A stretch of DNA of 64,000 nt from Octopus sinensis (GCF_006345805.1 NC_043015.1:744001-808000), one strand, 5' to 3'; shown: positions 14,670 through 27,940, numbered from the stretch's first letter. The notes: generated by a model from the sequence alone, not told the origin. Numbers and translations: made by a program.

Positions 14670-15620
14670 GTTGTCGTAATTGACACCGGGTGTCGTAATG
14701 CCAACATCATGACTGTATACTCTAAAGTCTGTAAGACACAATATGGACGACTACAACGGACAGTGCAACCAGTGGCAAGCAAGAAGTGCGGTAGCAGCCG
14801 TTCTGACTGCATCTGCACGGCGAGAACTTTCAAACTGAAGGATAATGTGAAGAAATATTCACACGAAGGGACCCGGGCTTTGACGTGAGTGATAGATGGC
14901 GGACTCATCACTATGAATGTGCACCTCAGCGAGGACAGATTCTACCACTCATACAAGAGCTGCAAGGAACAAATTCTAACAGAAAAATCAAACGGAACCA
15001 CTTGATAAAAGAAAAGAAAACTTTCAGCAATGTGAAGTAACTTGTTGAGTCGGAGATGGTCTGAATCTTTTCAGATGAAAAGAACTTTTATCGTGACCCG
15101 TTCACAATAACCAGAACAACAGGTGGCTTGGTTAGGAATCATGTGTTATCCTACGTATAGAAAAAACCAAGTCCTCTTTAGGTGTGACTCCAGTGAGGTA
15201 GACGTGTTACTGATCCACGTCTTTCAACAGCGCCTCAGGCACAATTCTGGCAAATATGTGAATCTGCTTGAGAATATAATCAACCTCTGGCTAGAGAGGG
15301 TTGCTGCATGAAGGCCACGTGCAGTACCAGGATTTGTTCCTTGTTATAGCTGTGGAAAGCGTCAGAATTGCTTGTCGGAGAATTTCTACGACTTCCCCAG
15401 CCCCGGTTTCTGGATGCCTAATTCTTCTGTATGTAACCATAGGGATTACTATCAGAAAGAAACCAACAGCTACCTCTATTATCAAAGGCGACCTGGTGGC
15501 CAAAATCGAGGAAGCACTCGAAAATTTACTCAGGGATACAGCGAGGACTGTTTGCGCAGATCCCAGAACTCTCTAGTGACGGTGGTGAAACATACGCAAA
15601 CGACGATGTGGGAGAAATAA
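14670..15620 (+). pseudogene. decayed Tc1/mariner transposase, DD37D (maT) type
   Basis: Stitched frames give ...EDRFYHSYKSCKEQILT..., FSDEKNF (D1 at 15074), NNQNNRW, SSEVDV, W-LERVAA-RP, QYQD (D2), LSENFYDF.SP.FW.PNS..CNHRDYY (D3), and KGDLVAKIEEALENLLRDTARTVCA. D2-D3 spacing is 110 nt, i.e. 37 codons minus 1 nt. Multiple stops and frameshifts; TIRs not identified. Confidence 0.85.
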
Positions 15621-15719
15621 AATTGCAGAAAATAGTTTTTGTATCGTTACTGGGTGTTTAATTTTACATCATTAATTTATTCTGAATACTTCTGCAGTAT
15701 GATTTTTTATAATTAGTTC

Positions 15720-15880
15720 AGGAGTGGCTTGCTAACCAACCACATGGTCCCGGGTTCAGTCCCATTGCGTGGCAACTTGGGCAAGTGTCTTCTACTATAG
15801 CTTCGGGCCAACCAATGCCTTGTGAATGGATTTGGTAGACAGAAACTGAAAGCAGTCCGTCGTATATATGTATATATATA
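15720..15880 (+). mobile_element. SINE family A head (small internal deletion), running into the gap
   Basis: GGAGTGGCTTGCTAACCAACCACATGG...GCAACTTGGGCAAGTGTCTT...GAAACTGAAAGCAGTCCGTCG(TA)n. Confidence 0.8.
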
Positions 15881-15980
15881 NNNNNNNNNNNNNNNNNNNN
15901 NNNNNNNNNNNNNNNNNNNNNNNNNNNNNNNNNNNNNNNNNNNNNNNNNNNNNNNNNNNNNNNNNNNNNNNNNNNNNNNN
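15881..15980. other. assembly gap (100 N)
   Basis: Run of exactly 100 N between (TA)n tracts. Confidence 1.
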
Positions 15981-16027
<47 letters not shown>

Positions 16028-16516
16028 AGTGTGTGTGTGTTGTGTGTGTGGTGTGTGTGTGTACGTATATGCCATGAAACATGAAACATAGACTACGTAG
16101 CTCTCACCTCCTACTAGTAGCTGAAGATGCCAACTTTATACGTTAATAACACGTCGTTTCCCAGGTTATTGAAACTAATGAATTTAGGTATGACTTTTAA
16201 ATCTTTAAGTAAAATGAAACATGGATTATGCAGTTCTAAACAGTTATTAGCTCAGGTACCAAACGTATATGTCAATAACATGTTTTGTACGATATTCTCA
16301 TTGTTAAAATTGTCTAAAAAGCAGGTAGTTCTTTGTCTTTGCAACCACCTTCTATTGACAATATATGAAACACGTTGAACCTGAAACTACGTAAGTTTAA
16401 GAAGAACCACCCTCTGGACGCTCCTCTCCTATTAATAAATACATTTAACAAAAATTCTATCAGATAACATGAGTATAAACAAATGTATTGGAACAAATCC
16501 AGAAATCAATCACAGT

Positions 16517-16920
16517 TTAATTAGCAAGAGATTCTAAATATACAATGTGTTTAGTGTGTCCTGTAATTGGTGTATAATTGAAAAGATTTTGGGGACTTCC
16601 AACTCGCGAACACCCTATATATAATTGCCCATGAGAGTAACATGGAGAAGCAAGGTAAACTCCAGCAATCTTGAGAGGCTGGCTTAAAGATTTGTTTATT
16701 GACATAGCGAAACTTAATTTCACAGGGAACTGGAACCATTTAAATTCAAAAGGGAGGTCGTAAGGTATTAACGTATCCGTGGAATAAAGAAATCCTCACA
16801 CTTACAGTTCCCAGTCATAACTGTTACCTCTAGGACATAATTGTTGTCTCTAGGAATGGTGATGCAACGCTTTCGCCACCATTCTGGTACCATTGCACAG
16901 GCGCTCCCACAAACATTCAC
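16517..16920 (-). pseudogene. Helitron RepHel PIF1-type helicase, C-terminal remnant
   Basis: Minus-strand peptides VGAPV, CNGTRM, VLEVTVMTG..K.ED.FIPRI, LIPYDLPFEFKWFQFPVKLSFAMSINKS, CYSHGQLYIGCSRVG, and TKHIVY match the conserved Helitron helicase C-terminus (LCNGTRL...FPVRLxFAMTINKSQGQ...FSHGQLYVAxSRV). Frameshifted. Non-coding Helitron flanks may extend to ~16100 and ~17060. Confidence 0.85.
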
Positions 16921-17065
16921 GTATGTATATTATGTATATGAAACGGATCTGTTGACAATTGATCAATTAAATGAAAGAAAAGGCGCCTATTTCCGTATGG
17001 ATATTTTTTCTTACACGCACAGTTATTTGGTCGTCCATAGAGGGCACAGAGAAATATATTGCTTA

Positions 17066-17360
17066 TATTCTTTTATTCTTTTATTTGTTTCAGTCATTTG
17101 ATTGCGGCCATGCTGGAGCACCGGCTTTAGTGGAACAAATCGACCCCAAGTCTTATTCTTAGTAAGCTTATTACTTATTCTATCGATCTCTTTTGCTGAA
17201 ATGCTAATGACGTAAATATATATATATATATGTATACAACAGGCTTCCTTAAATTTCCACTTACCATATCTCACATAGAAGGCTTTGTTTGGCCAGAGGC
17301 TATAGTGCAAGAGTGAGTTAACCAAGTTTGCTGCCGAGCAGTGGGACTGAACGCCGATCC
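17066..17360 (-). mobile_element. SINE family A, diverged
   Basis: Reverse-complement 3' module plus a degenerate head. Confidence 0.7.
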
Positions 17361-17465
17361 TGGTGTGTATGATGCAAAATTAGCTACTATGCAGTGACAC
17401 TGCGCAAGTGAGGCGGGAAATAGATAGTAAGAGATAGATAGATATATATATATATATAGAGAGAG

Positions 17466-17503
<38 letters not shown>

Positions 17504-17957
17504 TGTGTGTATGTGTGTGTGTGTGTGCGTGTGTGAATGTCTGTGTGTGTGTATATATATATATATAACATGAATTCGCAAGGATATGCATATGCATGTG
17601 TACTTACATACATGCTCACACGCATACACACATCTATAGAAAGAGAGGGAATAAGAGAAGGAACATAGATAGATAGATAGATAGGAACTGACGGGCTATG
17701 AGACAGGGAGAAGTAGATGAGAGAGGTTGCCTGTTCTGCCTCTACATTCCATCACTCCTGCTTCCCATTTTCGTCCTCATCACTTTCTAGAAACACTTTA
17801 TTCTATTCAACATTATCTACATACTCCATCATCATTATCTCTCTCGTCCTCGCTCTTTTTCCTCTTCTCTTTCTCTATATCTTTCTGTGGTTCTCTCATT
17901 TCTTTACCTCTCTCGACAGCAATTTTCATCGCATCTACATCTGTGTGTTTACTCTAT

Positions 17958-18308
17958 ATTCACTTATTTGTTTCAGCCATGCTGGAGCACCGCCTTTAGT
18001 CAAACAAATCGATCCCAGGACTTATTCCTTGTAAGCCTAGTACTTATCCTATCGGTCTCTTTTACCAAACCGCAAAAATTACGGGGACGTAAACACACCA
18101 GCATCGGTTGTCAAGCGACTGTGTGTGGACAAACAGACACACACACACACACACACACATATATACGACGGGGTTCTTTCTGTTGCCGACTACCAAATCC
18201 ACTCACACTGATTTGTTTGGCCCCAGTAAATAGTAGAAGACACTTGCCCAGGATGTCAGTGGCACTGAACCCGGAAACATGTGGTTGGTAAGCAAGCTAC
18301 TTAACACA
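17958..18308 (-). mobile_element. SINE family A
   Basis: Reverse-complement match to the other copies. Confidence 0.8.
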
Positions 18309-19244
18309 CATCCATCCATCTGCCTATATCAATATGTATATCTATATCGATATATATATATATACACATACACACAGACACACAGACACACACACATGTA
18401 TATGTATATAATTTAGAGAAAAACAACTATAAAACAAATCAATAACGAAAGATGTTATTCACACCATAAAGAAAATATATACTATAGAAAAACCTATCAA
18501 AAAATACTATAATTAGTAAATATATTACGTAATAGTTCCTTTTGTTACACGTAACTTCTTAAATCTCTATCTCCATCGTTCTCTGCTTATCTTTCTATCT
18601 ACCTACCTACCTAATTAACTAACTAACTAACTATCACCTACCTTTCTACCTACCCACCTATCTCTCTCTCTTTCTATCTATCTATCTATGTATCTATGTA
18701 TCTATATATCTATCTATTTATATACCTCATCTCTTTTTTCCTACCCTTTTCTATCCCTTCTCGCTCATCACCGACACCATTCCTCTGCATAACCGCATTC
18801 TCGTCTTCCTTTAGCTTATTGTTCATTTCAGGAAATCGTGTGTAGTCTGAAAAATACCCCCATAGATATTACACGCGTTTTATTGGCTGTCAGCAACAAC
18901 GTGTGCCTTTGGCTGCAATTTCACGTCGCGTGCAGGTGGCGGAACATTTCGACCGAGAGCTACGTTTTCTTGATGCCATCGTCAAATACAGCTACTAGCG
19001 TCAAACTGTTCGCTTGGAAGGAACCGTTTCACGCGCCATTAAGCTGACCTATGAATGACAAGTCAACTGCGGTATGAGCGATCGTGGACTGCATGGAAAG
19101 AACGATGAGTGAGTCAAATCTGAAATAATTCCAAACAGATATTAGGTACCGTTCTTCCTTGAATTTACAGCAGCCAAAGCCAGCTAGCATTTTTACACGT
19201 TCCTTAATTATCTGCAGGAATCTATCCATTCGCATATGCTAACA

Positions 19245-19485
<241 letters not shown>

Positions 19486-19788
19486 TCCTTCTTTTCTTGC
19501 CTCTCTTTCTATATATGTGTGTATGCGTGTGAGCATGTATGTAAGTACATATACGTTTGCATATCCTTACGAATCCATGTTATATATATACACACACGCA
19601 CACACGCATTTATCACACACATGTATATATACATAAATATATAAATGTGTGTATATAGATATATATATATACATACATGCATATATATTATATACATTCA
19701 CACACACACATATATATGTATATAAATGTTAATATATATATATATATATATATAATATATATTATATATATATATATATATAAGGGAT

Positions 19789-20026
19789 CTTTTACTCTTA
19801 TGTGTTTCATTCATTTAATTGCGACAATGCTAGAGCACCACCTTTAGTCAAACAAATCAAGCCCAGGACATACTCTTTGTAAGTCCAGTACTTATTCTCT
19901 GGGTCCCTTTTGCTGAACCGCTAAGTTACGGTTACGTAAACACACCTGCATCGGTGGTCTAGTGATAGAGCGGGGAAAAACACAGATTCACTCACACACA
20001 CACACACACATATATACATATATATA

Positions 20027-20087
<61 letters not shown>

Positions 20088-20261
20088 TATATATGTACAC
20101 AATGTCTTCTTTCAGTTTCTGTCTACCGAACCCACTAATAAGCCTTTGGTCAGCCCAAGGCCATAGTAGAGTACACTTACCCAAGGTGCCAAGCAGTGTG
20201 AGTGAACTCGGAACCATGTGGTTGGTAAGTAAGCTACTTACCTTACAGTCGCTCCTGCGCC
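19789..20261 (-). mobile_element. SINE family A, full length
   Basis: Reverse-complement match; the head ends ...GCTCCTGCGCC. Confidence 0.8.
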
Positions 20262-21430
20262 TCTATATGTATATGTGTGTGTATTCGTGTGTGCATATGT
20301 GTCTGAATATATACATACATGTATATATTCATTGACATATACACATATGCATATATGTTCGTGTGTATGCATCTTGATGAAAAATGCTGAAGATTGTCTC
20401 TTAAATGGAACAATATCATATCAAATACTACTTAATGTTTACTTTCAAATTTAAAGACTAACAATGGAGATTGTTAATTATTTAAATCATACACATACTT
20501 AAAGTGATATTTGAACCATCATTAATAGTTGGTAGGCACCAACATTTCACAAAATAATATTGCAATAGGTAGAAATCATCCAACGCAATTATGAGACATT
20601 TGTGTATCTTTTTAAATTTATTTGATTAAATTTTCATTTAATAATATATTACATCACTATTTAGCACAATATTGAATAACAATCAAAGTTTTAAACAAGT
20701 GCTATTGCAAATTTCTGATAAGGGATTGTAACAATAATTTTTTTCTTAATTAGTTTAAAAGATTATATGTGTAAATATCTTGTTGAATATATCCTTTCTG
20801 TTTAACATTGCTATAAAATATATCTTCTCTTCAAATAAAAGCGAACACCTGAGGTGGTAACGTTCTGGTTTTGTACAAAAGAATAAATGATAGGGAGAAA
20901 TGTAGAAGGTATTTCTTACAGTCTAGACACTGCAGTGAAGTTTGTGTATTGTGAAAATAATCGATTTAGTTGATTACGTTATTTTATCCAGTAATTTTTT
21001 ATCGATCATAAATAGGATGAATGACAAATATTTACATTTTGAAATAAATACCAAAAAAAAAAAAAAACCAGACAAGTTCGAAAAGAAATCAACAGAAAGT
21101 TATAACACCTAAATAGTATATAAATATCCATCGATAAAAAATTTAGTCCGATTCATTTGGTCCAAGAATTATGCCGATTTCATTTTATGTGGACATATAC
21201 ATAAATACTAACATACTCACAAATACACGCATGTATATATATACAATACATTCATATATATACATACATACATGCATAATATATATATATTTTAATATAT
21301 ATATATATATATATAATTATATAATATAGATATATATATTGATGTTTGCTTATGTGTATTCAGTTATAATAAAAACTATTTTGCGTCAATCTCTTTAGAG
21401 TAACACAAATATTATTCTTATGCAAGAATG

Positions 21431-21812
21431 TTGTTTGACTGTGGCCATGCTGGAACACCGCCTTTAGTCGAGCAAATCGACCCCAGGAATTATTCTTTGA
21501 AAGCCTAGTACTTATTCTATCGGTCTCTTTTATCGAACCACTTAGTTACGGGGACATAAACACACCAGCATCGGTTGTCAAGAGATGTTGGCGGGGACAA
21601 ACACAGACACAGAAACAAACATACACACACATACAGACACATACACACATATATATAGATATATACCACAGGCTCTTTTCAGTTTGCGTCTACCAAATCC
21701 ACTCACAAGGCTTTGGTCCGCCCGACGCTATAGTAGAAGACACTTGCCCAAGGTGCCACGCAATGGAACTGAAGCCGGGACCATGTGGTTCGTAAGCAAG
21801 CTACTTACCACA
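21431..21812 (-). mobile_element. SINE family A
   Basis: Reverse-complement match to the other copies. Confidence 0.85.
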
Positions 21813-22499
21813 TTATGAACAAATATATGCATATTTGTGCGTTATAATAGGAAATCTACGAAGGTCTTGTTTTCATGTAAATATATATATGCTTCGGTGT
21901 TGATATCTTGTTCTTTTAAAGTGTATATTTTAGCCATCGTTGCATTAATTATTTCAACAACTGCACACATTCACATACTTTAACGTTCATACTTACACAC
22001 ACCCTTCTGATTCACATACAGGATCATGCGTCACTCAACTGTGTATGGGGGACTGCTTTTATGTGAGTATGTGTGTGTGTATGTGTATGTATGTGTGTAT
22101 GATTGACCGTGCTTACGTTTAAATGTATCTCTGTGTACATTTGCGTAATTGTGTGTGTCAAACGTAGTCTAGCATGTCAAATGCGTTGTTTGTGCTTTAA
22201 CAACTCTAATCATCTGCGAGCATTGAATACAAAGAGTAAGAACAGAGAGAGAGAGAGAGAGACTGAGAGAGAGAGAGAGAGAGACTGGGTGAGAGAGAGA
22301 GAGTGGGAAGAGTGTAGGAGACCAAATTCTGAACGGAATATCAACCGTCTGAATTGTAGCACTCCATTGGCACGCCGACGTTCAACTGTGTTCGTCTCAC
22401 GAACTCGAAAGCTGCCGGTGTCACGTACAACGGTGCTTTCTCTACCGTGAACGTTGCCGATCGGTTTTTCTTTTTTTTTTTTTTTTAAGTACACTGCGT

Positions 22500-22740
22500 T
22501 CATCATCAACACCATCGTCATCATCATAATAGTTATCTTCATCATTATCATCATCATCGTCTTCATCATCGTTTTCGTTATCATTATAATCATTATCATC
22601 ATCGTCCTCATTATCATCCTCGTAGTCGTTGTCATCATCATCATCATCATCATCCCCTTCATCAACATCATCATCATCATCATCCACATCATCACCATCA
22701 CCATCATCATCATCATCATCATCATCATCCACATCATCAC

Positions 22741-22776
<36 letters not shown>

Positions 22777-23215
22777 CATCATCCACATCATCATCATCAT
22801 CATCATAATCATCAAAATCATCATCATCAACATTATCATCGAACGTCGTCGTCGTCTCCCTCGTTGTTATTGTTCTCGTCGTCGTCATCTACTTCTTCCC
22901 CTCCTCCTCCTCCTCCTCCTCATCTTATCCTCATCAGCTCCGTCACTATCATGATTGTGGTCATGTTAATTATCGTAATCATCAGTAGCAGCACTTGTAC
23001 CACCACCGACACCATCATAACCACCTCCACTGTTATCAGAGGAAACGTCATCCTCAATATTGCAGTCGTTTTCATCCCCATCATCCTCATCATCCTCATC
23101 ATCCTCATCATCATCATCATCACGTATAACATTTTCATTATTAAGTCGTTGCTATTCTCATCACCATCCGCAACATCATCATCGATGTAGTAGCTGTTGT
23201 TATTCATGACGATGG

Positions 23216-23258
<43 letters not shown>

Positions 23259-23287
23259 AACTACGATGGTGATGATGATGGTGATGA

Positions 23288-23321
<34 letters not shown>

Positions 23322-24054
23322 GGTGATGATGATGATGGTGGTGGTGATGATGATGATGACGATGATGATGACGATGATGATGATGATAACTACGATGGTG
23401 ATGATGATGGTGATGATGATGATGATGATGATGATGGTGGTGGTCGTAGTGGTGATGATGATGATGATGGTGGTGGTGGTGATGATGATGATGACGATGA
23501 TGATAACTACGATGGTGATGATGATGATGATGATGGTAGTGATGATGATGACGACGACGACGACGATGATGATGATGATGATGACGACGACGATGATGGT
23601 GTTGATGATGATGATGGTAGTGATAATGATGACGACGACGAAGACGATGATGATGATGATGATGACGACGACGATGATGATAATAATGATGACGACGACG
23701 ATGATGGTGATGATGATGATGACGACGGCGACGACTACGACGACGATGATGATAATGATGATGATGGTGGTGATGAGGAAGAAAACGACTACGACGACGA
23801 TGAGCATCCTGTTGCTGCCATTTTTTTGTCTCAGTTTTTATATTATCACTTTCTGTTGATTGTTTCCACTGAGGGATATGAAGTGTATATTTTTTTCTGA
23901 ATTCTCTAGAAGTTTTTTTTTTTTTTTCATTTTGTGTGTTTGATTAATTTTATTATTATTATTATTTCTCCATCCCCTTTCCCGTTTATTTGTTATTCGT
24001 GTTCCGTTTGAGATGATTTTAATTAATTTTCTTTACTTTAGTTTATTATTATTA

Positions 24055-24108
<54 letters not shown>

Positions 24109-24209
24109 CATTATTACTATTATTATTATTATTATTATTATTTTTATTATAATTTTTTTATTATTGCTATTATTATCATCACCATCATCATCATTATCAT
24201 CATAATCAA

Positions 24210-24275
<66 letters not shown>

Positions 24276-24968
24276 CATAAATTATCGATCATGTTCCATT
24301 ATTTAACACTGCAGTGTCTTTGTATATGTGCTTCTGATGATGACAATGAGACAATGACGCTTATAAAATGGTGATGTTGATGATGATAATGATGATCATG
24401 ATCATGATGATGATCATGATGACGATAATGATGACGATGAGGATACTCATCCACTTATTCGTCATCATCATCATCATCATCGTCATCATCGTCATCATAA
24501 TCAACATCATCATTATCATCGTCATCCTCATCATGGTAATCATCGTCGTCATCATTAAAATTTACGCTTTATTTTCACTGCAACAGTATGTTATGAACCC
24601 CGAAAGGATAAAATGTAAAGTTGACCTCGGTTGCATTCAAGATCAGGACATAATGTCTGTTAGTAAACAACTCAAGAAGAAGAAGAAGAAGAAGAAGAAG
24701 AAGAAGAAGAAAGAAGGACAAGAAGAAGGAGCAGTAGAAGAAGAAGAAGAAGACGAAGAAGAAGAAGAAGAAGAAGAAGAAGAAGAAGAAGAAGAGAATG
24801 AGAAGTAGAAGAAGAAGAAGAAGAAGAAGAAGAAGAAGAAAAAGAAGTAGGAGAAGAAGATGAAGAAGGAGAAGAAGAAGAAGAAGAAGAAGATGAAGAA
24901 GAAAGAGAAGTAGAAAAAGAAGAAGGGGTAGAACAAAAGAAGGTGAAGAAGGAGAAGGAGAAGAAGAA

Positions 24969-24999
<31 letters not shown>

Positions 25000-25000
25000 C
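22500..25000. repeat. trinucleotide repeat cluster: (CAT)n 22500-23185, (GAT)n 23200-23810, (TAT)n 24040-24280, (GAT)/(CAT) 24370-24555, (GAA)n 24673-25000
   Basis: Directly visible; the source of the poly-M, poly-D, poly-I, poly-Y and poly-E ORFs. Confidence 0.95.
24590..24655 (-). mobile_element. old family M-like SINE body fragment
   Basis: AACCCCGAAAGGATAAAATGTAAAGTTGACCTCGG is the diverged reverse complement of the family M body. A similar fragment is at ~45985-46070. Confidence 0.5.
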
Positions 25001-25804
25001 AAAAGCGAGCAACAATATGTAAGAGAAAATGGAGAATAATAAAAGTGATGAAACATGAAAAAAAGCTAAAATAAATTGAAGATGGGAATGAAAATTGCGT
25101 GGAATGATCAATAAATATAGATAGGAACACAGTAAGCAAGGAGAAAGATAGAAAGACAGATTGAAGAAAGAAATAAAGAAAGAAGGAAAGAAGAAAGAAC
25201 GAAAAGGGAAGGGAAGATAGAAGGAAATATACAAATAGTGCGAAGGAAATAGCTATAAAGTGAGGGGAAAATAAACGGGGAGAAAAAAAATTTCTGCATA
25301 AAAAAATCTTTTTAAAGAACAGAGTAGAAAACAACAAATGATGGAAACGTAAGATGTGTAGACTGACATAAAATAATGTAGAAGAATGAAAAGAAAAAGC
25401 GAAAACAAACAAAACAAAAAACAGAGAAATGGAAGGTGAATATATCAGCGAAGAAAAAATAAAAATGGAAGGTGAGACGAAGAACGCAAGATCGATGTGA
25501 CTTAAGCATGGCCGACAGTAAGGAAATATAGGAAATGACGTGAAATGAATGCATTTATGTTTCCTCTAAATACACGCACACATACCCACACGAACATATA
25601 TAATGCATATGTATAATGTATATATATATATATATATACATCCCAAAATATTTGCATGCCATTATTTATAGCTTTATGTGAGTGCTTCGAGATATTTCAA
25701 AGAGAAGTATATATATATATATATATACATCATATTAATACATCATATTATACATAAGTACATATATATATAAATATCTATCTATCTATCTATCGATCTA
25801 TCTA

Positions 25805-25843
<39 letters not shown>

Positions 25844-25981
25844 TAATATATATATATATATATATAAACAAGTACATATATATATGTATATATATATATG
25901 CATTATACATACTACATATCTGTATATATACATTGTATATATATGTAGATAAATGTGTGTTTACAATATATATATATATAC

Positions 25982-26014
<33 letters not shown>

Positions 26015-26210
26015 ATATATAATATATATTATATATATATAGCATATAAATATATATGTGCGTATATATATATGTGTGTGTGCGTTTATTTTATATTTAT
26101 ATATATGTATTAGATATGTATGTATACATGCACACACACTCACATATGAATGTGTATACACATACACACACACACACACCACACACACACATATATATAT
26201 ATATATATAG

Positions 26211-26241
<31 letters not shown>

Positions 26242-27133
26242 ACACATGCATATACATAAATATGTGTGCTTGTGTATGCGTGAGAATGTATAAACTAAAA
26301 TACTTGGAGAAAGTAAATATTTAGTAATGCAAACGCAAGCGAAGAATTTTCAACGATTATCCTTTGAATAGGCAACTCCGCCCCCACAACATTTTAGCCG
26401 ATATTACGACACATGCATCATCACTAACACACCACCAAGAAGAAGAAAAAACAAACATCAACGACGAGAACAATAAAAAAAAACGATAATAAAAACGATA
26501 ATAATAAGAACAACACAAAAGAAGAAAAAAATATATGAATGAGAAATTAGGAGCGAGAATGTAGATTGTCTAACGGAATGGAAGAAAAGTGGTAAAATAT
26601 ATATATCCGTCTCACATGGATGAACAGATAAGGTAAAAAAAAAGCGTAACTGTTAGGGTGATATTAATCTACTGATAAAGTAGCTGGTTAATAGAATGTC
26701 AAGGAAGAGATCATTAATCTGGTCTGTGAGCGTACATTCTAAAATATACTTACTAGTATAGACTAAGGTTAAAGAGAATAAGATACATAATATTGCATTA
26801 ACAAACAAGTATAAGAGATATGCAAACATCCATGTGTGTATAGATTTACGTATATATATATATATCTGTACACGTATGTACCCTGGCAGGGTGTCGCATC
26901 ACACATTCTATCTCGGAACTTCAACAAATATATACATATATATGCATAGATATATATACACACGTTCAAGTTTGCAAACATATATTGTTGGATGTAAGGC
27001 TTGAACATGTATATATAATTTCGTTATTTTATCGATCTCTATATCTGCATTCAGACAAGTATTTGTAAATAAGTAATTATGTATGTGTGAGTGAGGATTT
27101 CTTTCTATCCATCCATCCAGCCATCATCTGTCA

Positions 27134-27191
<58 letters not shown>

Positions 27192-27293
27192 ATCTATCTA
27201 TCTATCTATCTATCTATCATCTATCTCTCTCTCTCTCTATCTATCTATCTGTCTGTCTATCTATCTATCTATCTATCTATCTATCCATCCATC

Positions 27294-27325
<32 letters not shown>

Positions 27326-27335
27326 GTCTATCTAT

Positions 27336-27378
<43 letters not shown>

Positions 27379-27381
27379 ATT

Positions 27382-27480
27382 TTTTATTGCCCACAAGAGG
27401 CTAAACATAGAGGGGACAAACAAGGACAGACAAACGGATTAAGTCGATTACATCGACCCCAGTGCGTAACTTGTACTTAT
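27382..27480 (-). mobile_element. family M SINE 3' tail (5'-truncated copy)
   Basis: TATTGCCCACAAGAGGCTAAACATAGAGGGGACAAACAAGGACAGACAAA...GTCGATTACATCGACCCCAGTGCGTAAC is the reverse complement of the multimer tail. Confidence 0.8.
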
Positions 27481-27940
27481 TCTCTCTCTCTCTCTATCTA
27501 TCTATATAAGAAAACACTACAGAACTTCACGCAACGCATGTACATCCCTGGATATGACTAGAGAGATGGGATTCAAGTATACAGGTGAGACAGAAAGAAG
27601 TAAGCATTTTATGTAATGAAACCTGTGGAACTCCACCTTAGATACAGAGGTAAAGACTGGAATAGGATACAGAGATTTTGTGACAATACAAACACGATGA
27701 ACACGTGACACAAGGCGGAAAAATGTCAATGAGTGATGATTCAAGAGTCCACACTCCAAGGGGAACTAGTTCGTAGTTCGTGTGTATATATATATTATAT
27801 ATATATATGAATTACATACATATACGAGCACATGAATATGTAGAATATATACTTACATGCAAACATACACACACCCATATATATATACATATGCATACAT
27901 ATATACGTATAGACATACATACATGCACATACATATACAC

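Noticed and set aside
18832-19108. Idea that in-frame TAG/TAG/TGA (18843, 18996, 19056) are recoded to Trp by A-to-I editing
   Set aside because: Three stops in about 92 codons is roughly what random sequence gives, and no homologous protein is recognised to justify read-through.
22210-25234. Long poly-Met, poly-Asp, poly-Ile and poly-Glu/Phe ORFs up to 295 aa
   Set aside because: Products of (CAT/GAT/TAT/GAA)n tracts, open on both strands and in several frames; no domain content.
27490-27775. Possible non-autonomous Helitron (TC... start, CTAG|T end)
   Set aside because: No convincing subterminal hairpin and no second copy in the window; these termini are too short to be diagnostic.
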